Below, one piece after another: positions 55,200-64,000 of a DNA stretch of 64,000 bases. Position 1 is the stretch's first letter. Every line of letters begins with the position of its first letter. Source of the stretch: Oculina patagonica (Eukaryota); NCBI RefSeq assembly GCF_052425735.1, contig NC_135769.1, positions 5,704,001 through 5,768,000 of the forward strand, in the 5' to 3' direction. The notes below the pieces were generated by a model. The model was given only the letters and a program-made list of their open reading frames with translations, did not search any database and was not told where the DNA came from. The position numbers and the translations under genes are program-made.

Positions 55200-57959
55200 T
55201 GTTTGCTTCGAAATGTTCGTTGTCTTGTAATATCTTAGCGTTGGCTTCCTTTATTGGGGGTTTTAAAAATATTGAAACTTCGCACCCATGAACGTTTTGG
55301 CGTCGCGATGGAATCACTCCGCAAATGACTGTGGATAAAGAGAACTCGTTAGTTTTAGCACAATTCATGTTTCATAATTAATGGATGGATTAAATTACCC
55401 GGGCAGTCAGCCGGCTTTATCGTTTCTAATTCACCCTCACTGAACCATATTTCGGCGCTAATGAGCAAACCACATTCGATTTAGCTGATTCGCCCAACGG
55501 CCAGTACCAATTTTCGGAAGCGATTGTAGTAACTATAATATAAATAATCTCCTTGGCTAGAGGGCATATGTGTGCTGGACGTGTGTGGTTTTGTTCTCTG
55601 GCAATGTAAATAGAGTGTTTTAACTGGCCAACCAAAGGCAGCGTTTGACAACCGCAGACCTAAACATCACTATTAACGTTAAACGCGTTCAAACCTTTTC
55701 CTCTTTATTTTTCCCGCTTAAAAAGAAAGTTTTTAAAATCCGACCGAAAAAAAGGAACAAATTCTTTCAACACCGGATTAAGCTCTCGGAATTGAAACAA
55801 CTATAGCGCGAGGGGCTAAAATAATAATAAAAAAACACATGATCAATACACATATTTTTTATTTGATCATTGGTTCTTTCAGAATAATTAAAGAAAAGAT
55901 AAACAACAAGTCATTGCCTGAATGTTTCTGACAGTTCGATGTCATCTGTGCTGTACACCTGCCTTTAGAAGCTTTCATTTGCAATTGTTCGTGAGTAAAT
56001 ACACGCATCAGTAAAATGGAAAGTTTAAATGTCACGAAGGGTAAATAGCAGAAACTGCGAATATTAGAAATAAACATGAAACGAAATGGAAGGGACCCAA
56101 TGTGTCAATCAAACTACATTAATAGGGTATCAAGGCATAAAGTAGTTCTAAAAAACGGTTTTAATTTTAATTTTGAACTCTTCGCCAACTTATGCACTAT
56201 TACAGACTTAAAATGATTTTACTGAAGCTACGAAAATGCCGTTTATGCAAAATGTTGGTTCTACAATAGTTTATACGGTCTTTGTCAAATTCACGACTTC
56301 TAAAATCCAATGTGGTTATGTTAAAACGTGATCGTATCGGACAGGTATAAAAATATTGGTTTTGATGACATTTGAGTATTAAACTGAAGTAAACAGGAAC
56401 TTTTTGAAACGTTGTAGCTCCAAAAGAGAAACAGAAGTTGAACTGAAACTTTTCTAAAAATTTCTTACCGATCTAGAAAAATAATTTGACAAATAAAATG
56501 CCTACATTGAGCTGGGCACATTGCCAGACGTCGCCAAAGGATTATATAGTTAGAAGTCAATAAGTGTGATAAGTCCTGATAAGATAAACATTTCCGAAAT
56601 CATTTGCATTGCGTAATGTCAGTTCACTGTTCAAATCTATTTAATTGCGCTGCATAAATTCAGTGGATTGTAGATTATGACTTAGTAAAGCAAGATGTTT
56701 ATAATATACGGCACGTTTTCGTAGTTATTCGTGCGAAATTTCGAAGAATATTTACTAATTGAGCCACATATAACGAGATTGATTACCATGTTATCGCACG
56801 ATACAATATCAGCACGCTTCGCTGGGCCGGTGGGCTCTAAACCAAATCATCAACAGACAATTTAATGTCTCAGTAGGCATTATTTTGATATTTTCCCTTG
56901 GATATAAAACAAAACTGTCAGAACGGATTTTTACTAGACTAGAGCAAAGATCTGACATTGATAGTTTACATAGAAGATCGTTAAAATAGATCAGTGATAT
57001 ACAACTGTATAGCATTGATAAGCTTGGGCACAATATTCACAGAAGTTTTGATTAGGGTGGGGAGAACACATTTCCGGCAAATACAATAATTTCCTTCGCC
57101 AGACAAAAACGAACCTCGTCATGTTTGAATATATCGTACAATATAGGCTTACTATAGCGTTCAATAAGCAATCGAAGCGCTATTATTTTTCCACTATAGA
57201 TGCTCTTGAATAGTACTGGACTACAAGAGTTCTAGAATAACGCAGTGACAAGTTTTTTCAAGATCTTTCAACATACGTACCTTAAATTACTGCCAAAGGC
57301 AAAACGGCGCGTGTTCAGTCTTATGCCTGCCTGTGGATGCCTTCAGATTTACTAAGCTTTGTCGATACTTTCCTTGTTTAACTGATCGCGTTCTAGATTT
57401 GAATCTAGAATGCGTCAAATTGCATGTGTTTTGTTCAGTGTTTTCGTTTCAACTGCTTTCTACTGAGATCAACAATGCCTATTCCGTGACTTGTCTGGCG
57501 TACGTACACGTCATCGACGTTGCTGACAGCTACCAGCGGGGGCTAGCCTGACCACCCTTCTAGGTCTAAAATAATCAAATAGGCCTAAAAAAGACCAACA
57601 AATTGTGTTACCAGTTTTGACAGAAAATCACCGGGGTGCACATATAGAGAGGTTAGGATTTATTTTACAGTGAACTGTCCGTTTCGACTTCCGTGTACGT
57701 ACCACGTCAGTCATAAAAGTTCAACATCCGATTAGAAAATTACGTCATAAAGTTTTCAACGTGGAATTATCGACCCACCCACGTATACAGAGCACGTTTG
57801 TGGCACGCGGCCAGCTAACAAGAAGTCTATGCCTACAGTGGTTACATTCTTATAAGTCAGATTATTTCTTGTAGAAAGCTGGAAATTGGAGAATTAACTC
57901 TAAGCCAATTTAAAGTGCTGGGAAAAAAACACCCAGGAATTTCCGTGGGGACCACAAAA

Positions 57960-58080
57960 GTAAATATCTTTGACCTCGGCGTTCCTCGGTGGGATACGCA
58001 CGAAGCCACGACTTCCGAATACGATCACCGTTGCTCCACCGACTGCCTACGAGGCCAGACGGGAGCGGGTCGTGGGTAAC
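57960..58080 (-). mobile_element. Degenerate tRNA-headed SINE-like fragment between about 70-bp direct repeats
   Basis: Minus strand GGCCTCGTAGGCAGTCGGTGGAGCAACGG...GTCGTGGCTTCG is tRNA-like; flanking repeats GAGAATTAACTCT...AAGTGCTGG at about 57889 and 58174. Confidence 0.45.
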
Positions 58081-59310
58081 TAAGGTGGTAATTCGTGGCA
58101 AGGTAGATATCAAGGGTGCATTCGCGAGTGCTATGTTGTGCCACTCAGAACTGGTGCTGGAAGTTGGAAAGTAGAGAATTAACTCTTAGGTAATTTTAAG
58201 TGCTGGAAAATAACTCAGAAATTTCCTTTTGCGTTATCGCTAGCCTGCGTAGCAGACGAACTACCGAGGTTTTGTGACACGTCCGGCGGCCGTTATCGCT
58301 AGCTAGAAGGAAATAAAGGACCACTCCCGGTGAGAAAAATAAATTTTTTTGACCTGTGTGGAGGAATACGATCCCTTTTCCTGTTCCCTGGAAAGGCAAC
58401 ATAATTAAAAGACTGTTGACAGCACACTCTTTTCTGGTATTTTCCTTCAATTTGAACACAAAGGATTCGCAAGAGAACTGCACTTTTTCGCGTTCTTTTT
58501 CGTCTACAAATTGAGTCGAAGAGAAGCTGTGAACAGTTTAGAGATTCAACTATCAGGTGAACTATATAGCTGGTGATTCCATCGGTATTTTATTCTTAAA
58601 AACAAAACTAAAATTGCAAAAATAAAAGAAGGATACATAAATAAAACTACAAAACGGAAACTAAAAATAAAACAACTAAAACTAAAATACAAAACTAAAT
58701 CTAAAATAATCGAAAGCGATTGGCTGAATGACGACGCTAGCTCCCTTTGATCAAAAATTTGCCGGAGAACTGTTTTTTTAGTGGGCCATTTTCAGTTCGA
58801 AACGGGTTCAAATATGTGTCGAATACAGTTGTACATATGATAATTCGCGAGACCTAATAATTTTCATAATATTTTAAAATTGCCCTTTCTCTCTCTAAAT
58901 ATTCACTCCCTTCCAAAATAGTCAAACTTGACGGTAACCACGAATCGACGTTTTCAGTTACAATAAACCCTATGTCATTTTACTGTTCGAGTATTTATTG
59001 CTATCATTATCTTGTGTCTGCATCTTTTTACGTATTCCGGTCTCCGTTCACACAAAAAACATCTTCCGGTTTAAGCGTGTTTCATAATGTAAACAAAGTA
59101 TTTCCTTGTCACGCACGTTCACTTTCCTCACCAGTCCCCTCGCAAAGAAACATTTTGCGCATGCTATTGCTGAGCTCCAAAACCGCTGACAAGCGATGAA
59201 ATCTCAACTGATTTCGACATTCGACTCGACATGGAAATGTTTTTCCGGTTTCATCCGTTTTGTTTATTTCCTGACAGTTTGCGAGAGCATTAAATACATC
59301 CTTTGTGCCA

Positions 59311-62300
59311 ATGGGACAACAGTATAGTTTTGTGGTAAAGGTTTTACACGATCATGCTCTCGTTCTTAAAGATTTAGCGGTTCTCAACCACGAGGGACTT
59401 TCAAGTAAGCGATGTAATTTTTGAAATCATTGAGCTTGTAGTTTCGAGAGTAAAGCTTAATTATTTGAAGCCAAATCAGTGTTTGATTTGGCTTATTTTT
59501 CCTGTGTCAGCAAAGTTCTTTTCCTGGAGTAAGTTTTAGTCAGACGGATTTTCTTTTCTTTGTCTAGGTGCGGTGGAATACCTCAACAAAACGTGAGTAA
59601 AGTACATATATAATTTGAGCTTATTATGTTCAGATAAAGATCTATAAATTTTGAGTTAAAGTTTGATTTTCTGAAATCACTGCCCTTAATTCAAAGGATT
59701 TTGTTTTATGTTTTACATAATATCAAGGTTACAGACAATGAAAAGGGGAAAATCATGAAAAAAATGTATGCTTTTTTTACCAAGAGTAAAACTCAACATT
59801 TGCTTTTATATTCAGGCTCAAAACCTTTGCAGAGGGTAGAGGTCATCACACTGTATTTGTGATAAAAGAACCCTCAGATGAGAATTTTCCGCCATATCTA
59901 TGGAAAGCCACAACAAGGATAATATGTTACAAGGTTTGTTGTCAATTTGTCTTATTCTTTTTCTGCTTGTCGCGTTACTGCAAGAGATCTCAGAGAAACT
60001 ACAAACGCAGAGTTTGCCATGTTTCAATGCTCAATGAGCCAAAGTTTATCGATATTAAGTCGAAGCATCTTCAGATCTTCCTCGACAATCTTCGGATATC
60101 TTCGGAAAAGTTCGGAAAATGTTTGCAAACATTTGTACAACCTTTGGACAATATTCTGAAAATCTTCCGAAAATTGCCAAAAACCACGTTATTAGTAGGA
60201 TTATAACAAACAGAATAAAACATGGTTGCTTGGTGATATGAAATTTATCTTCTCATGTTCAAATCGATATCATTATCGATATTGATTTGATAAATTTTAT
60301 ATCATTGCACGACCATGGCTGTATTATCCTCTATTAGATTTAAACTCATAGAATACCGGGTATTTACAAATTATTGTTCCCTAATAGACCAGAATTCAAT
60401 CTCTACACCAGTCTGTATAAAATATTTACATGTACAGAAACCTCCATTGATAATACTGACACAGCTCTGCCTCTTTTGTCTGTGATATTGAGATTCAACT
60501 AAACACTCTATATCTGCTTTGAAGTAAGTATCTTCTGCAATAAAGAGGCAGGGTTGTTCAGTGCAGCCTCATCTCAAGTGAATGAAAGCTAATGTTCTCA
60601 AGGCAGAGTCTGAGGTTACCCAGGTGGAGAGTGCTTTAAAAACAAGAAGCTTGAGCAGCTTAAAATCAGCCGGTTAATAATTAACTATCCACTTAGACTT
60701 GAAAGGCAGGGTTCAGTACAGCAAAAACCATGAAGCAGTTACTTATTAAAGTTACACCCAGTCCGACTGGGTTTGCCTACTAACTTCAAATTCTAATTTT
60801 AAAATCACATTAAATTTTCACAGGAAATTTAATGAACACACTCACATTAAATTTTCTCTGTCCTCCCGCCGAAGCAAAGAAGAGAACCTGATTCCAGATT
60901 AGCCCAAAAGTCGACCCAGTGTGCCTACAATGATTTTATACTGTCAAAACTGAAATGAAACCGATTGCGATATTCGTCACCCGTAGCAGTTTTGTAGCAG
61001 GCCCAGGCTATCCCTGTCTTTTTTGGCCGACAGGAGACTATCGACCACGACGCCCAAAGGGTAAAACACGAATCGTCCTTGTGGCCGATTAATTATAAAA
61101 CTCAAGATTCTGAACCTGTGGTGCTACAGTAACTATGGCAGGCGCAGTGGCCTAATGGTTAGCACGCCAGACTCCAGATTGAACGGTCTGGGTTCGAGCC
61201 CTGGCCAGGGATGCAGTGTTGTGTTCTTGGGCAAGATTAACTCTCATAGTGCTTCTCTCCACCCTGGTGTATAAATGGGTACTGCCAAAATAATACTGGG
61301 GGGAGGTACCCTGCGATGGACTAGCATCCCATCCAGGAGGAGTAGAAATATTCCTAGCCACTAAATGCTATCGAAACTGGGATAAGCTCCGGCAGTAAGG
61401 GCCACTTGGCTCAAGGCTTCCCTTTAGGTGCTTTCACAGTAACTATAACCAGTAACCTGGGATTTTTATTGGTCAAATTCTGCTGTGAAAGTTCTCTTGT
61501 GTAATTTCTAAATTTAGCATTTCTTTTTCAATCCTGCTACATGTAGGTCAACTCTTACAGTGGAAATGTGGAGAGTGAAAGAGTGATGGATCTCAGGCAG
61601 TTTTGCAAATTATATCGTGATATCACCAAGCAGCTGAGGCACACGCAAAGCATAACAGATGAAGACTGGGAGAAAGTCGACTGTGATGGAGAGGTAGGTT
61701 TTTTACTGTGCCCTGCTGCCAATGCTTCGCTTCTCGGCCAACTGTTCATTTTGGGGACAATCTTTCATCCTCGGGCATTATCCTTTAATATACCAGCTGC
61801 CTGAAGAGGTTTATTTACTAAATAACCATCGATGTCAATTAATTGATTAATATTGGAAATAGTACTGTTAATTTTAGGATTTATTGATATCTTGCAGACA
61901 TGTGTCTCCTGTCCAGTGAAGCTAGAAGAAGTCAGGGAATCTCTTTGTGCATCAATGATATTTACAAGGTGTGGTCACAAAAAATTTATATTTTTCCTAG
62001 CTTTTTCCAGCCTCAACATCACCTATACCGTCGCTTGCATCTAAGCGTGAACACTCGCCGCTGAAACGTCATCAAACGCTGAAGTTTAGCAGACCGTAAC
62101 GGCAACTTTCGCGCCGAAAGTTCAACAGATTCTGGTTTCGAAATGGCGGAAAGCTTGGATGTGAAGACTTCTTCCGAAAAAATTTATCCTGATCTGTGTC
62201 GATATGCATCTGCAGGTTCACTTGAATCACTTTAGTTCTGGTGTAAAATTCCGCCTCCACTTAGTGTTTTTGGTGAGAATTTTGAGTGCGAAAGTTGCCA

Positions 62301-63421
62301 TTATGGTCTGCTAAACTTCAACGTTTGATGACGAATCATGCCAAGTTTAATACCCAATTAGATCATGTTTCGGCGGCGAGTGTTCGTGCTTAGATGCAAG
62401 CGACGGCATCAGTGAGTTAGCAGTTGTCCTCAGTTCTTCTTCCTGCTTCTTCAGAGATTCATCCCCCAAAATTCCATACCGATGCCGAAGAGCAAATTGT
62501 TATCACTAGAGAAAAATTAAATGTCATTGAGTAGTCCCAAAGGGAAATGATGTATTATTTTCTCATCTGCATGGATCTCTATTGTCGACAGGGTTGATGA
62601 GGTAGCTGCAGAAGATTCTCCAAAGGATGAATGTTGTATATGCATGGATCGGAAGGCAGAAGTCATCTTGGCTTGTGTCCACAGCTTCTGTAAACATTGC
62701 ATTGATAGATGGTGAGTCAATTTAATTATGAAATCATTGAAACAGAAGTATGTACCAGAGGGGGGGGGGGGGGTTACTCAAAAAAAGTTTTATATGGGGA
62801 GTCTCCTCCCTGAGGTCCAACCGCTTACCCTTTTATATTCCATTTTGACAGTAAAGGTACCCCTTTCATTTATCATTTATTGAAAAAAGGGACTCCTTCA
62901 TATACCAACGTGACCGGACATAGATTTAAAATGAAGTGCTTTATAATAAATTAAAATGATACAGCCATAAGTTGTGTATGTTCGAAATAGGCCCTTTTAA
63001 ATACCTAAATGACAGATTTCCTTACAGTTTCATATACCTAAGCTTGTGATTATAAATAAGTTCCTACCCTTTTATATACCTGAAGCATGGGAAAGGTACC
63101 CCTTTCGGGCAGAGCCTCCCCGTATAGGCTATCATAGGGATTGCCCCCCCCCCGCCAGAGTAGGTACTAAGGGTGTCTGCTTTTGGGAGGTTCGACTGCA
63201 AAGGTGTGGTGTTGATAGAGAGGAGAGTAAGAAGATTGATTGCATCGCCTCATGCCATAATTACTTGTCTTTACAGGAGTGATGTTAATAACACTTGTCC
63301 AATATGCCGAGATGAGATTCATGGAAATAAAGACTACTGGGAAATGCCAGAAGCCCCAAGCAAGGGGGAGATTGGACAGTTTGTACTGGGGCTGGCTGAA
63401 GGAGCTGGAGCCCCTACGTGA
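59311..63421 (+). CDS. RNF141: RING finger protein 141, 239 aa
   Basis: Exons 59311-59404, 59568-59592, 59816-59933, 61547-61693, 61898-61968, 62592-62711, 63277-63421. MGQQ start, LWKATTRIICYKVN, RVMDLRQFCKLYRDIT, and C3HC4 RING ECCICMDRKAEVILACVHSFCKHCIDRW...CPICR match RNF141 as I recall it. Confidence 0.93.
61141..61425 (+). mobile_element. tRNA-derived SINE (family B)
   Basis: A box TGGCCTAATGG, B box GGTTCGAGCC, body collinear with 11560-11826; in RNF141 intron 3. Confidence 0.82.
62028..62406. mobile_element. Tc1/mariner-type MITE, sister of 43469-43872
   Basis: TIR CCGTCGCTTGCATCTAAGC; TA on the left, CA on the right. Confidence 0.78.
62757..63153. mobile_element. G-run-ended TIR element, sister of 21608-22036
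   Basis: Collinear similarity throughout (e.g. CCTAAATGACAGATTTCC, GAGCCTCCCCGTATAGGC). Confidence 0.72.
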
Positions 63422-64000
63422 TATATACTAGCTAGCCTAGTGCCAAAATAGGAATTCTGTAATTTATTACAGAGTATGGTGGAACCATACAGTAGGGTTC
63501 TGTACAGATGTCAGGGGGGGGGGGGGGACTCATATAAAACTGATGGGGATGCTCGCCAAAAAATTTGAAAAACATCCCTAAAAATTCCATAATCTGTAGC
63601 AAACTGTGAGAATTTAAAATGATAAAAATGTAATGTTTATAGTGGTTAGGCACTTAGCTTCAAGATAACTAGTTTCCAGGCAAGCCACTGAAATGAACAG
63701 AAATAAAATCCCAGCTGGCAGGAGGCAGACCAGTTAGCTCTAATTTAAACAAAGCATTCGTGACTGTGTATGAACTCAGCAAGATCGAGAACAAATCCAG
63801 CAAGTGAGAGGGTGGAGGGCTTGAACCTGGAACCTCCAGATTACAACATCAATTTTCACCAACACGTTTTCAAACCCTAAAAGAAATCGCAAGCACCCCT
63901 GTCAGTGACATATAAGAGTCTCCACCCTCTTCCACAACAAGTATAGCTGTCTTAATGCTTATTATGATACAAACAGCATCTTTAATGAATATAAAAACAT

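Overview
Eukaryotic, intron-rich, repeat-dense animal DNA. The repeat repertoire and gene architecture suggest a cnidarian, probably a stony coral (inference). Spliced genes reconstructed by hand: the 5' part of an ANKS1-type ankyrin-repeat gene (-, runs off the left edge), a two-exon testis-specific Ser/Thr kinase (TSSK, -), two tandem six-exon calumenin/CREC genes ending in HDEF (+), a five-coding-exon orphan gene (-, about 221 aa) and RNF141 (+, seven coding exons). Mobile DNA: a full-length but ORF2-disabled Tx1/L1-clade LINE inside a MITE in ANKS1 intron 4; a young intact BEL/Pao LTR retrotransposon (386-bp LTRs, one mismatch, CTATA TSD) between the calumenin paralogues; many MITEs with readable TIR/TSD signatures (Ginger-, hAT-, TcMar-, piggyBac-, Kolobok- and Harbinger-like); tRNA-derived SINEs; and two palindrome-built tandem arrays. 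No CRISPR, rRNA or true tRNA genes were found. The most notable observations are possible MITE targeting by the LINE, micro inverted-duplication lesions in its ORF2, shared bZIP/CCAAT promoter grammar and a remodelled EF-hand 2 in the calumenin pair, the orphan RVxF/CxxC protein, the modular GTTAAC array and a giant hairpin inside a Kolobok-like element.
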